This document shows, piece by piece, positions 11,469 through 24,100 of a stretch of DNA of 64,000 bases; position 1 is the stretch's first letter; every line of letters begins with the position of its first letter. The stretch lies in contig OZ361260.1 of the NCBI GenBank assembly GCA_977018835.1, positions 2,108,001-2,172,000 on the forward strand, in the 5' to 3' direction. The stretch is from Minutocellus sp. GHC0000111. Lineage: Eukaryota. The position numbers were made by a program, and so were the translations under genes. The notes beneath the pieces are model-generated. The model searched no databases. It saw nothing but the letters and a program-made list of their open reading frames with translations, and had not been told where the DNA came from.

Positions 11469-12161
11469 TCATAGAAGCTTATCACATGACATACAGGCTG
11501 CTGCACAATCCACTAACATGTATCCTGGATTCTTGGCGCACTCGTCCGCCGTTGCGGCCCAAAAGGTACATAGTTCATGCTTATTCAGGCTTTCATGTTG
11601 GATAGAGGATTGTAGATGAATATGTATGAGAGGATGATCGAACATGCAGCAAATAAGTATTTGCTTGATACGTAGCTACGTAGCTAGCGAGCTAGTCTTG
11701 GATTTCACCACTCACCATTTGTCCCGCACACCATCATACTTTCGATCGGCCAATACAATTGTCTCAAAATACTCTTCCACTTTCTTCATGTGTTGGCTAA
11801 CTTTCCGCTGCTGATGAGCTTCTCCGTCATTACGTTGTTCGACGCCCAAATTAAGATTACTGGCGAAGCGCACTGGTTCACCATTCCGCTTCATTGCCTC
11901 CCGTCTCGCCCTCGCCATGTCTTTCGTGCACAGAAAGACATTGACGTCAGTTTCGACACAAATCTCTGACTTCGCGCAAGGTATGGCACCAGCTGATACC
12001 ATAAGGAGGAGAGCTGTTCTTTCGAAACGCCGATTGTTCGCACATGATGTAGCAATTGGTCCCTTGGATGTAGCTCGACGAAGACATTGGGAATGCCGAC
12101 GACTACTTTCAAACGAAGAACATTTTTTCCGCCGGCGCCGCTCAACAGTAGGCAGCGCCAT
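11469..12161 (-). CDS. ShKT-domain protein, paralog of the previous gene, 2 exons (intron 11590-11715)
   Basis: Spliced exon 2 reads CLNKHELCTFWAATADECAKNPGYMLVDCAAACMSCDKLL*. Shares the LGVxQRxxG segment and the intron position with its neighbour. Start uncertain. Confidence 0.85.
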
Positions 12162-12637
12162 AGGATTCCTATCTACTATCTGGGCGATCCTCTGCAGCTC
12201 GTGCAATAGTAGCCAGCCTGCGAAAATGACGGTTGACTACTCAGCATCACTCCACGGCCTCCATCCACGATGGGCTACCTAGGCCTAGGTACGTACGACG
12301 CATGCGACGTACGAAATTCTCTGCGCGTCAGACATTACGGCATTACGTCATTACAACATCACAGAAACAGAAGAGGCAGAACGACCCCATCAGGCTCCGT
12401 GAGACGAACAGAAGAAAAAAGTGAGGCGTCACAAGCGCAAATGATGAAGATCTGACTGGTGGGAATTCCTAAATCAAAGCCCTCTCGCCTCTCACAAAAA
12501 CTATTGCACGTAATATTTCTTTTATTTAGTATTGCAGCTGTTCCTTCTCTACGACCTTGAGGATTGATGCTCACAGCAAATGTTTTTCGATACCTGACAG
12601 GTCACGAATATATAGCGGCGAGGGCAGAATCGATTGC

Positions 12638-15256
12638 CTAAAGATCGTCATCATCAATGTCATTGACATCATCTTCATCGTAGAAGAAGTATGCGCCCGC
12701 CTTCTTCTGTTCCATGTCCTTTTGCGAGCCCTTCTTGTTGATTCTGAGAAAAGTGGAGAAAGGATAAGGGAAGATATATACAAAGACGGGTGAATTTTTA
12801 ATGAATATCAAAGATTCTCGGTAGCTTCCCGAAAAATCAATCCACTCGGGGGCAGTCCACACCCCCAAACTCCTTCACAACTGGTTAGAAATTAAAACTT
12901 AAGACTTTGTCACTCGCAGCACCCAAAGCACCAAGACGGTGCCCACATTTCGTTGTACAACGAATGTGAAAAAAGGCATAGAGAGGAGTTTCTCGTCATC
13001 CCAGCAGAATCAAAGTGTGATGGAAGAACAAGTAGATACATAAACAAATATTCTTACCTCGGTCGGAAGTTGACAGGATCTCTTCGGAAGGTAACCTCAA
13101 GACTCTTCAGGAACTGATTCATGCCCGAAAGCAAGCTCTGCGGCGAGGTGGCCGTGGCTTCGACACCGGGCCGGCCGGTGTACACCACAACGCGATCGGC
13201 GAGGTATGTTGCCATAATGAAGTCATGCTCGACCACAAAGGCAGTCTTCTTACTGTGCATGATGAATCGCTTGATAACCTTGGCACAATTAATACGCTGC
13301 TCGGAGTCGAGGTATGCACTGGGCTCGTCAATGAGGTATACATCGGCGGGAGTACCGAGAGCCAGAACGATGGCAAGACGCTGAAGCTCACCACCCGAAA
13401 GAGTCTGAACACCGTTATCGATGATATTGTCAATGATGAGGGGCTTCATTACATCGGAAATGAACTGGGGATGCACATAGGAATCACGAACACGCTTGTG
13501 GAGCAGCTGTCGGACGGTGCCCTGGAATTTGGGCGAGATCTTCTGCGGCTTGTAACTAACGTTCATCTCCGGAACACCCGCCAACGAGGCCTCATAAGTC
13601 ATTCCCTCCTCCTCAAGCTTGGCCTGTTCATCACTCTTCAGTAGACCGGCCAACATACGGACGAATGTCGTCTTGCCGGTTCCATTCTCTCCGAGAAGGA
13701 CAATAATCTCCGAATCGGTAAACTCTCCCTTCAGCACGTGCAGAATGAACTGGGAAGTACCGCGCTTCATTGTCTTGGTCATGCTGGGGTAGTCGTAATC
13801 GCGCATCACATCCTTCTTGGCGCTGTCATCCTCGGCACGCTCGGACACCTTGAACGAGAGCGAATCGTCGCGGAATCGAAGATTCTCGGTGGGGATGAAA
13901 CCAGCCAGGAAGGCATTGATACCAACGCGGACACTGAAGGGCATGGTAACGACACCGTACCCACCGGCGGCACCGTAAAGGACACAGACGTAATCACTGA
14001 GATAGTCAAGAACGGCAAGGTCATGCTCCACGACGAGGACGTAGCGACGGCTACCATTCTCGCTTTCAACGAGCTCACGGATCATGTGAGCCGCAGTCAA
14101 CCATTGTTTGACATCGAGGTACGACGAGGGTTCGTCGAACATGTAAACGTCCGACATTTGGACGGCGACTGCGGCAATGGCGAAACGCTGGAGCTCACCA
14201 CCGGAGAGGACGCCGACCTCACGGTCCATGACGTGCTTGAGCTCGGCCTCCGTCGTGGCCCAGTCAAGGCAGTCCCAGTCCTCAGCCTCACTTCTCTGTT
14301 GGAATTTGAGATTTGGTTTAAGCAGAGTTGATTCATTCAAGTCGATCGATAGCAAAAAGAGTCATGATCAGATCAGACATATTCACACAAAAGCCAAAAT
14401 GTGCATCGATATTGATAAGGCACGTACCTCATCCTTCTGCTTGAGGATGTCACCGACCAAACCTCGTACGGCACGGGGGATGTGATCGACGTATTGGGGC
14501 TTGATGGTGGCCTTCATGGTGTCCTCGAGAATCTTGGTGAAGTAATTCTGAAGGTCGGATCCGCGGAAGTGGACAAGGATCTCCTCCCAGTCGGGGGGAG
14601 AGTCGTACTTTCCGAGGTTGGGCTTCATCTTGCCAGCGAGGATCTTGAGGGCGGTACTCTTGCCGATACCGTTGGTACCGACGAGGCCAAGGACCTGACC
14701 GGGACGGGGCATGGGAAGACGATGGAGCTTGAAGGAGTTGGGGCCGTATCGGTGGGTGGTGTTGCGCTCCAGATCCTTGGGAAGGTTGATGATGGAAATG
14801 GCCTCGAAGGGGCACTTCTTGACGCAGATACCACATCCAGGTTGGTCAAAAGGAGCAAGTTGAATGGGGAACGGAGAGGTGAGGATAATATGCGGCCAGT
14901 GGTGGGTGTTGTGCATGGTCTCGCCAAAGAACAAATTTGCTACCTCGTACAACGGCACTTATCATCGATCAGCACATGCAAAAGCACATGAACAGCAGTA
15001 GTACAGCAATAAATCAAATTAACAAACTTCATCCAACACACTCACCAATGCAAAGCGGCTCGGAGATGAAGGCAAGCTTGCTCTTGGGGCCAACTTCAAT
15101 GCAGAGCTTTCCCATCTTGACGACGGGGCAAGACTTCTTACATTCCTGACGGCACTTCTTGGGCTTGCACTTGTCCGTCTTGACAATGGCGATACGGGTC
15201 AGGTGGTCCTCATCGCCACCGCCCTTATCCTTGCCTCCCTTCTTCTTGGGTGGCAT
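12638..15256 (-). CDS. ABCE1: ABCE1/RLI1 ribosome-recycling ATPase, 4 exons (15256-15046, 14837-14428, 14295-13058, 12743-12638); intron-1 acceptor reads TG instead of AG
   Basis: Fe-S motif [15 protein letters not shown]...[21 protein letters not shown], two [29 protein letters not shown], and FRPR|INK. Confidence 0.95.
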
Positions 15257-15459
15257 CTTGTTTATATACTACCGTAGCTTGTGGGTGCGAGGGCTGTGCC
15301 AACGATACGCATGCATGGCATTTGCCGATGTGGCTCATAACCTAAACCGGCAGAAAATGAAGGCTGACCGCACATCAGATCTTTGCCCACGGCAGCAGCA
15401 TTAGCAGAGATTTTTCCTAAGGGGGCAGCAATTGCGCAACATCTAGCTAGCATCTCACC

Positions 15460-17442
15460 ATGGCGCTCAACCCGTACGGTGGTTTCAACCACCGCTCGCC
15501 ACTGTCGCCATGTCCCTCTGACCCACCCCTCGACCTTGCAAGCGACTGCATCCGCGATTACTTTGGCCCCAGCTGCCAGACGGTGGCCGACTGTCTGCGC
15601 TCTCGAGGACCATCGACTCTGCCCCAGCTGGTGTCTCGCATCCGATCGCAGTGCCGCCGGGTGGTAAACGAGGAGCGAGAGCGGTTGGTCGAACGCCTTC
15701 CCGCTGCAGCGACCATGGGTGGGAGTGCCAGTGCGAGCGCCGAGCCGGCCACCGCTGCCGCCGCGTGCAAGCCACGCATCAACAAGGCGGCAGGACCAGA
15801 GACGGCGGGATACATCGTCGACGCGGCACCCGTCCGCGCCGCCCTGATCGTTCTGCTGCAGCACTCGCTGATCACCGTCGCACCGTCACCCGCAACCTCG
15901 AAGCATCACGGTGGAGTCACTCACTACGTCTACTCCTTTCTACCCGAACGAGCCCGTCTGCTGCCGCGGTATCCGCGCTACGTTGAGCACGCACGAAAGG
16001 CCTTCACCAACGGGTCCGGTGCCGATCAGAAGGCGATGTGAGATCATGCCGCCTCCGTCGTGGAGGAGGTTTTGCTCAACGGCCGGATGAGAACCGAGGA
16101 TTTGGTCCAGAATGCCATGAACGTCATGCGCCACCGATTGGAGAGCTCGAATCACAATGATGACGAGGATGACGACGACGACAACAACAACAGTGGATTG
16201 GATGAGGCGCAGCTCACCAAGCTAAGGGAGGGGGTCGTCGAGGCTCTGAAGAACTTGATCGAGGCTGGATATCTCGAGATGGTAATGCCCATCGACGAGA
16301 GTCACGCCGCCGCAGTAGATGACGAAGAGGAGGCAGAGTTTGGCGCTGAAAATGATGACGGCGCAACAGCTAGTATTTCCAAGAAGAGGAAGCGATCGGG
16401 ATCTACTTCGAGCGTCGGGCGGAAGAAGGCAGAAATCGAGGAGGAGACACCCTCGGGAGCTGAACCAGATGGTGCCGACATTGTCGCCCTGCTACGAACC
16501 AAGCAAAATCGCGCCTTCTTCACGCAGGGCGCCGTTTGGAGGGCCAACACGCACATGTTTCACGACAGTCTTCGAGCATTCTGCCTTGGTCGGCTCATGG
16601 CCGAACGGTATGGAGATCGAGTCCAATCGGCCGGGTCTATCATTAGTGCATCGCTCAAGCTGCTGGCGAGGAGAGATCATGGATTCGATGGAGCGGCAAG
16701 AGATGACGACCGATACTTGGATGAGCGTACCACCTTCTGTCCCGATGAAATCCTGGAGTTCCTCCCCGGTCCCATTCGAGCCAGTCTGGAAGCGAAACGA
16801 GGTGGAGCAGCGCTCAATCTGTCTCATGCTTTAGTTGCTCTGACAGAGCTTGATTGGCCACGGTCAGTCATGGAGGTAGAAGATGCAAGGGGGCATCCCA
16901 GACATGGGCGCTTTGAGATCCACATCAATGATATTCTTGGCTATCTAAGACAACGCGTTCTTCATCAGATGATCTTGGATCATCATGGCGAGGTAGCCGC
17001 GAGGATTGTTTCGATTCTCCAATCAAAGGGGCACTTGGATGCCGATGCCATTGCTGATGCGGCCATGGTGCCAGCAAAAGACGTGCGAGAAATTTTGCAT
17101 CGTCTCTACAAGGCCAACTACATCAACCTGCTCGTTCTTCAGCAAAGCAAGCAGTATAATCCTTCGAATGCCTACTACTTGTGGCACGTAGAAAATGATC
17201 GGCTATTTCAAAAGGTCACAGACAATGTTTGTAAGGCATATTTGCATCTGCGATTACGCCGACGGCATGAGATGGAACTCGGTAAGGACTGGGTTGAGAG
17301 AGCCAAGGAGCAGACTATGGTGGATGAGAACGAGCACAAACTGGACCGAGAAAACTACAACAAGTTCTGTCAAGGCCTGGAGAGGCTTGACAATGCTACT
17401 CTCCAGCTGGATGAGACATTGATGGTACTTCGAGATTTCTAA
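15460..17442 (+). pseudogene. POLR3C: RNA polymerase III subunit RPC3 (RPC62/C82) with one in-frame TGA at 16039-16041
   Basis: IRDYFGP..VADCL..RG, ALIVLLQH, LRYPRY-like 'LLPRYPRY', VEEVLLNGR, GxxAARI, AMVPAKDVRExLxxL. The two track ORFs share one frame. Confidence 0.85.
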
Positions 17443-17579
17443 TCGTTAATATCGCAGCATTATTCTTAGTATGTAGAACTTTACCCTGTGCAAAAACCTC
17501 ATCCTAATGCAATGTTTGCATGTAAAGAAGTTCTCCGAGCAATTACCTTTAGCTCTATTGCAGCAGGCGTGTAGTGAAG

Positions 17580-19922
17580 CTACGCAAGGTAGACATCGTC
17601 GTCAGACGAGTCCTTATTCTGAAGCCACTCTTTGAGGTATTCATCATCGATATCATCCCACGAAGTTGAATTGTCATCTTTACTCGGAAAGGCTTTGCGA
17701 ACAGTGCCAGACGAAAGTGGATCGATTGGTGGTTGGTCGGTGTCGTACGATGGTACTTCACCCTTGATAGCCACCATGGATTCTCTATCGGGCAACGCGT
17801 CAGCTAAAAATGTGCTCTTCTTAATACCAGCCAAACTCAAAGCGTCAGACGCCGACATTGCACTGAGTTTTTGGAATTGTCGAGGCGATGGCTCATTGGT
17901 GGGGACTAAAGTTTTGAGCGCAACGACCAGCTCGCCAAATTCGTCGTCAAATTTCTCTTCTACTGCCTCGGCTATGACCATGCCTCTACGTAGGCGTTCC
18001 TCTGGGTCCTCGATGGTATCGAGATACTCCGTGGTATTCGATAGAATTTGCTTATATCGTCGGAGAGTACTTTGTGCCAAACGAGCACGTAGGCGATGCA
18101 TGGTAATCTTCTCCCCTTTCTTGGGGCGTCGGTCCCAGTCAAAGTCGAACGACAAGCCGACGTCTAAATCTTGCTGAAGTGCAACTCCGAGAGTATCTTT
18201 AGTTTCGTCAAGATCCAATCCAAGTTTGGTAACATTTTGGTAATCTTCATTGTGAATCATGATCTTATAATCATTGGCCTCTTCGGCCCACGCATCTCTC
18301 AAGCTCACATCAGAGGTATTAATGTGGCCAAGGGCCACGTCCGTATCATAAAACTGGAGTATTGGTACTTCTTTCACCAAGGATTTGTACGCCGATTTGC
18401 CGTCATCATCTTTTCGCGCAAATAGCTTCTGTTGCCTTCTGCGTTGTCTTCTACTAGGTCCTATGCGTCGAAATTGCCGCGTATCATAATCCTTCTTTCC
18501 GTGTCCTCTCAGTATGAAATCGTCACGGATTGCCGATTTGACCGCCTCTCGTACACGCACAGGTTCCCTCCACAAAGGTCGATGTCTCCATCTCTTTGCT
18601 CTGTCAACGTAGCCGTTCCGCCATGCCTTTGGTGATAACGTCTCCAACATGCCTGCAAGAGATACAGCATCGGTCTTTTCTATTTTGATGATACGCCCGA
18701 GGAACAATAAGTGGAGTAAAGGGCCAAATATCGAAAGACCAAAAAGAAATGTCGCAAAACCTCTTGAGTTGCTTCGTAGAAATGATATCGGAAAGGCCAA
18801 GGAACTGTGCCGAATCGAAACTGCCAACAGCAGAGCTGCAACATCCAAGGCGATTCCCATTGGTAGTGCATTGCGAATATTTTCAGCTCTTGGCCAGAGC
18901 ATACACTGAAACCGCCCCATTGGTTGAATGTCTTGATCTTTCTGTAATTGATAGCGAAGCTTTGGGAATTGTTTCACGGCTGCCGCTGCCCCCAGCCTTG
19001 TCAACAACTGCGTTATCGCCGTCATTGCCAACATCGTTCGAAGAGAAAATCCCTTCTTGACATTTTCGGTAACGAGGTGATAATTGAGCCATCTATTTCG
19101 AACGATGAAGGAGTAAATGCCAACGGAAAGAGCCAACATCCCAGAAATGGTAGAACCACAGACTGCGGACACCCAGTTTTCCAATAGGCATAGAATGTGG
19201 TCCTTGCATGTGCTCTTTGGATCCTCATAATCTGGATGCCACTTTGGATAAGTTCTCTCCACCACCGGAAATTCTTCCCACAACTCAGCATCGGAGCGGT
19301 TTTTCGATGCCAGCATGAAGATTGGTGAAAGGACAATTGCGGTCCAAAAGTGAGCTGCGTTTACTGCCAACAAGCCAACAATGATTGATCGAAACGATGA
19401 CATCGGCGAGGACTTCAGAAAGAGATTTGTGATAATGGCTGCCACTAGTAGTGGACCGGCGACATATCTTTGAAAGGCCGTCTGAACTGGTTTGCGTTGT
19501 CTGGCGTATTCGTCCAACAAGTCCATCCGAGCAATTTCATTTGTTTCGTCCTCGGCTCGGGATTTGGCATATGCCGTTTTGAGTACTTCCAGGTCCCTTT
19601 TGGCATCACCAACCTGCCAATCATCGTATTTCTCTTCTTCAGAAGCGATTGTGGCAGCTGATGGCAATGGAAATGAGCATCTCCGTTGTTTGCTCGTTAT
19701 CAAGCGATATTGTTGATGCCGCAAGCTGCCGCTGCGCATAGGCGTACGCACGTGATGAGCAGACGACAACTGGAAGCAGTGGGCACCAAGAAACTGTTGC
19801 GATACTTGAAATCCAACGAGCAAGATGCATCTACCGATGGAATTACGTCGTCGACGACGCCGAAAATATTTGCAAACGCAGTCCGCTGACCCGTCATGGT
19901 CTTGGGTGGGTTGTTGCGGCAT
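17580..19922 (-). CDS. Hypothetical multi-pass membrane protein, possibly plastid-targeted
   Basis: Long open frame with several hydrophobic segments. A hydrophobic stretch followed by 'AHC-FQL' and an S/R-rich region resembles the diatom bipartite signal. Confidence 0.6.
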   Translation of the reverse strand: MPQQPTQDHDGSADCVCKYFRRRRRRNSIGRCILLVGFQVSQQFLGAHCFQLSSAHHVRTPMRSGSLRHQQYRLITSKQRRCSFPLPSAATIASEEEKYDDWQVGDAKRDLEVLKTAYAKSRAEDETNEIARMDLLDEYARQRKPVQTAFQRYVAGPLLVAAIITNLFLKSSPMSSFRSIIVGLLAVNAAHFWTAIVLSPIFMLASKNRSDAELWEEFPVVERTYPKWHPDYEDPKSTCKDHILCLLENWVSAVCGSTISGMLALSVGIYSFIVRNRWLNYHLVTENVKKGFSLRTMLAMTAITQLLTRLGAAAAVKQFPKLRYQLQKDQDIQPMGRFQCMLWPRAENIRNALPMGIALDVAALLLAVSIRHSSLAFPISFLRSNSRGFATFLFGLSIFGPLLHLLFLGRIIKIEKTDAVSLAGMLETLSPKAWRNGYVDRAKRWRHRPLWREPVRVREAVKSAIRDDFILRGHGKKDYDTRQFRRIGPSRRQRRRQQKLFARKDDDGKSAYKSLVKEVPILQFYDTDVALGHINTSDVSLRDAWAEEANDYKIMIHNEDYQNVTKLGLDLDETKDTLGVALQQDLDVGLSFDFDWDRRPKKGEKITMHRLRARLAQSTLRRYKQILSNTTEYLDTIEDPEERLRRGMVIAEAVEEKFDDEFGELVVALKTLVPTNEPSPRQFQKLSAMSASDALSLAGIKKSTFLADALPDRESMVAIKGEVPSYDTDQPPIDPLSSGTVRKAFPSKDDNSTSWDDIDDEYLKEWLQNKDSSDDDVYLA

Positions 19923-20089
19923 CTCGGTGGTGGATGATGAAGCGGGCGGGCTACAAGTCAATGAGCATGTTTTCTTGGCGGTTACGGTGTTGCCTGACTG
20001 CAGGATATTTTACGTGCGGCACTCAGGTGAAGGAAAGACGAAAAAATACGAGAGTGCATGTATCTTGGCGCTAAAATAAAGAAGCGCTG

Positions 20090-20833
20090 ATGCGGAGCGC
20101 GGCGTGTTCCGTGTTCCCCGCATATCAACTATATCCATCCGTCGGCGAACCTTCAGGTGATATCGTCGATGACGAGCCCTCCCAGTCCTCCTCCCCCCCT
20201 CAGCTGGCAGAGAAAGATTGCACTCCCCCGTACATGGCGCCCTCGTGTCTCTTGCCAAGGACACTAGCGCCGTCCGACGCCATTGACGCCGACGATGCTT
20301 CCGGCAGATCAGTCACTAATCACCAGCACAAACTGCTGCCCTTTCGGCCAACAACGTCATCCTTTATCTCGACGCCTCGCGATCTCCACTCTACTCTTGA
20401 AAATCATAAACTTGCTGGTCTCGTCGCGGCCCTTGAAAACGAGAACGAACGTCTTCGAGCCGAGTTGGAGCTGAAAACCAACCAGCTCGATGCCATCCTT
20501 CACCAGGGAGGGCAAGACCCAAAACCAAATAGACGCGTGTTCCTCCCAAGCTCTCCAACCTCCACTCTTCAAGACACTGAAGACTTGGGCTGTGTGAGTG
20601 TCGACGATGTCAAGAACATTCTGGACTTCAATATTTCAACCGATGATGCTTCATCAAGTGGGGATGACATTACAACAAAGGCTGTGCAGACTCTCCTGCG
20701 TAACTTTGATTCATTCCATCTATTATCGAAAGACAATGAAAATATTGAAGAAGATGGTGATGACAAGGCCGACACGCTGATTGGCGAAGATCTACTGAGC
20801 GACGACGATGATTCTTGCTCTTATTCCGTTTAG
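20090..20833 (+). CDS. Hypothetical protein with a short coiled coil and acidic tail
   Basis: 247-aa ORF containing LVAALENENERLRAELELKTNQLD. Confidence 0.55.
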   Translation: MRSAACSVFPAYQLYPSVGEPSGDIVDDEPSQSSSPPQLAEKDCTPPYMAPSCLLPRTLAPSDAIDADDASGRSVTNHQHKLLPFRPTTSSFISTPRDLHSTLENHKLAGLVAALENENERLRAELELKTNQLDAILHQGGQDPKPNRRVFLPSSPTSTLQDTEDLGCVSVDDVKNILDFNISTDDASSSGDDITTKAVQTLLRNFDSFHLLSKDNENIEEDGDDKADTLIGEDLLSDDDDSCSYSV

Positions 20834-21169
20834 TTGTTTACACGTACTACATGTATCTACGTAGTAGTTAGCCGCTGCATTTCTACGACCTAATGCCCGC
20901 ACAGATGGCCGTCTTTGGCCATTCATGCGATACAGAAGAGGAGCAGTCAGTACATGTAGCCCGAGAACTAGTCTAGCTACGTGCGTAGCAGGAAGAGAAG
21001 GAGCTCGAAATAATTCGATGCATTCCCATACAGATAGTCGAAAGGGGACATATCTTGTAGCTAGAGCTCTGTAAACGTAGTAATATAGTGCCTGGCCGGT
21101 ATTAAAGAGATGAAACATTAATTTAGCAACATTTACTACATAAAAAGAACAGGGAGAGTGTCAACTTGT

Positions 21170-24100
21170 TTACCGTTCGCCGAAAAATCCAAGAAAGACG
21201 GCATGAGTCAAAGTAGCAAAGGCAGCGACACCGGAATCTCCGAGCTCATCAATAAACTTGGACTTTTGCCTTTCGTTGAGGAAAACTGAAATGACTGCAT
21301 TGTTCGATTTCAGGCATTAGATCCTCCATCCCACCAGGTATTGTCACAGAAACCGCGGTCTGCAGCCGAACAGTCAGGGCCTTTGAGGTCCAATGCAATC
21401 CCTGCGATAAGAAAATCGTCACCACCTCGTGCTCAATATTGCTTGGCAAAGTCCTAGCAAGATTAGCAGTGATGATTTCGTCCAGTATTGAGTTGATTGG
21501 TGCAACACCAGCTACGTCCAGATAGGCCTGCATGGGAGCAAGGGAAATATCAAAGATGCTACTTCTAACCTCAATGGTCTTGGGCGGAATCGTAGGAGAC
21601 GTTGTTGGCTCATGAGTTGGGCTTTGCGATGGGCTGACTGTGGGCTCATGGGTTGGAGCCTTTGTCGGTGGAAGATTGAAGCGGATCAAGGTGACATGAG
21701 ATAGCGACCGGAAGTGCATAGGCCCGAAATGACGAAGTCGCTGGATAAGAGTGTCATGCTGCTCCACGTCACTCAAGAGAGACTGTATGGCCAGGTCTAA
21801 TTGCTTGGACGTTGGGACCGCCTCCTCGTCGTATATACCGCTGCTGCCATCGGCCGGTACGGTAACAACCGCCGTTAGCTGCAAAGTCACAATGAGATCT
21901 CCAGATGACTTGAACTGAGAGAAGAGAGTCAAGGTAGCTTCGATATGTCGCTGCTCCATTTTCGGAAGCACAAGATTCTCCAGGATCATTTCGCCCATGG
22001 CATAGTTGATGGAAGTAAATACTTCGTAGTCCAAGTATGTGCTCGTAGAACTAAAACGAATCTCAAAGAGATGACTGTTGACGTTGACAGAAACTGGCTC
22101 GGGAGTTGGTGAAGCTGATGGGACCATGGAGGGAGAGTCCGAATGCATCGGCGTAGGTACGTTGGTAGGGCTTGTCGTCGGCGAGGAGGTCGGATTCTGC
22201 GTAGGTGATGCACTGGGTTGAGCAGAGGGACTTGGGCTGGGATGATCCGAAGGTGAAGCCGTAGGACTCGCCGATGGCATAGCCGAGGGGCTTGGTGAAG
22301 GTTCCGACGTTGGACTTGCCGACGGATAACGCGATGCCGTCGGTGCTGGGGTCGGTTCCGAGGACGGAGCCGAACTCGGTGCTTCGGTGGGTGGGTAAAT
22401 GAATCCAGTGAACTCAACTTCGTCCATCAAAGCAAATGCTCTAATGTTGGATCTGCGCAATCTCTGAAGGAAGTAATTTCGTTGATTGATGTTTTCAAAC
22501 ACACGCGAGGTTGCTGAATCGATGGTCTTGGCATCAGGTATCAAACTTGGATCGCATCGTCCTCCTTCGCCAATCGACGGCACACTGATATGGAGAGTCT
22601 TTCGAAGCCTCACATACAGTATTGACCTAGTTCCGATGGCTGTTCGTCGTCGGGAGTTATCGGTACCACCATCATTGCCCATCTCATAATTTGTCGGTGC
22701 CAGATTGAATCTACGAGTGTCCTCCAGACGGTCTTCACTTCTCAATATGTCAAAGATCTCCTCATCAACTGTTTCGAGATCGTCATCATTTACCTCAACT
22801 TCAATTCCATTCTCCTCTCGTAAATCTCTCCTCTTGAGACCCTGAGACGACATAACCGTTGACAATTGCAAATCAATAACTGCAGAAGAATCTGGGAGGA
22901 TCAAGTCAAGGTTGCTTTTGATCAATTCATCAAATACAGAATTCAATTCGTTGAATGCATCAACGTACAAATATGTGTTGACTGGGGTCATTCTGAGCTC
23001 AAATGCATTTCCATCTACTGCGACCAATGCCGGATGGTAGCTCGGAGAGGCCGATGGCATAGAGCTAGGAATATCCGTCGGAGAAGAAGTCGGCGATGAC
23101 GAAGGTTTTGAGGATGGACTTGTTGTAGTATTGTTCGTCGGTCCTGGTGTTGGCGGTGCCGTCGGATTTTGAGTCGGTCCGGGAGTAGGAATCGGCGTCG
23201 GTGCTATTGTTGGGCTGAGACACAATTTAATGCAGAGAAGGACGGGTCAAAAAGGAGAGATATAGGAGTAGCAGGTTTGGGGTGAGTTACACGTATATAT
23301 CACAGTGAAAAATGATGAGATTAAAAACTTAGCAGCCTCCTTTTACCTTGCTGACGGGGGATGGCTTGGACTGGATGTAGGAGATTTGCTAGGTGAGATT
23401 GTTGGTGAAGATGTTGTGGGGCTACTACTCGGAGACGAGGTAGGTGCCACTGATGGCGATGCACTGGGTCTTGAACTAGGTTCCACCGTGGGAGGCGCAG
23501 TGGTAGGGCTGACTGTGGGCATAAAGGTCGGGGCCTCTGTGGGACTTTGCGTCGGGGCCGGGGTTGGAGGATAGATGAATCGTTGAAATTCAACCGCTTC
23601 AACATACTGAAACTGCGCCGCTGGACTCGAACGGAGCATAAATCCAATCTGATTTTCTCTCCCTCTGTGTACGATGCGTATATAGCCTCATCAATAGTTT
23701 CGATGGATGGAATTAAATTCTGACGATATTGATTGCTGCTCACTGTAGACGATTCCTCGGCCAAGGCAACTACTGAATGAGGAATGGTCACGAATGCCGT
23801 GGTTTGGACCCGGACAATGAGTGCGCTCCGAACATCGTTCGCGCCCCCACCTGCTGGTGCGACACCTTCGTTGTCCACTGTCTGCCATAATAGCGCCGTG
23901 GAGAACTTGACTCTGGCTGTACCGTATTGGTTGCATGGTAAGATGATGTTAGAACTTGCGGCACCATTGAGAACGGCAATGAGCTGGGTAATGGCCCAAA
24001 AATCCAGGAATCCGGTTACTGGACTTATTCGAAGCTCGTACTCATTACCATAGACCATGGCAGCCTCCGGTTCTTCTGTCGGAGTATTGGTTGGTAAGGG

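Noticed and set aside
12571..12868. Independent small genes
   Set aside because: 12638-12743 is the last exon of ABCE1.
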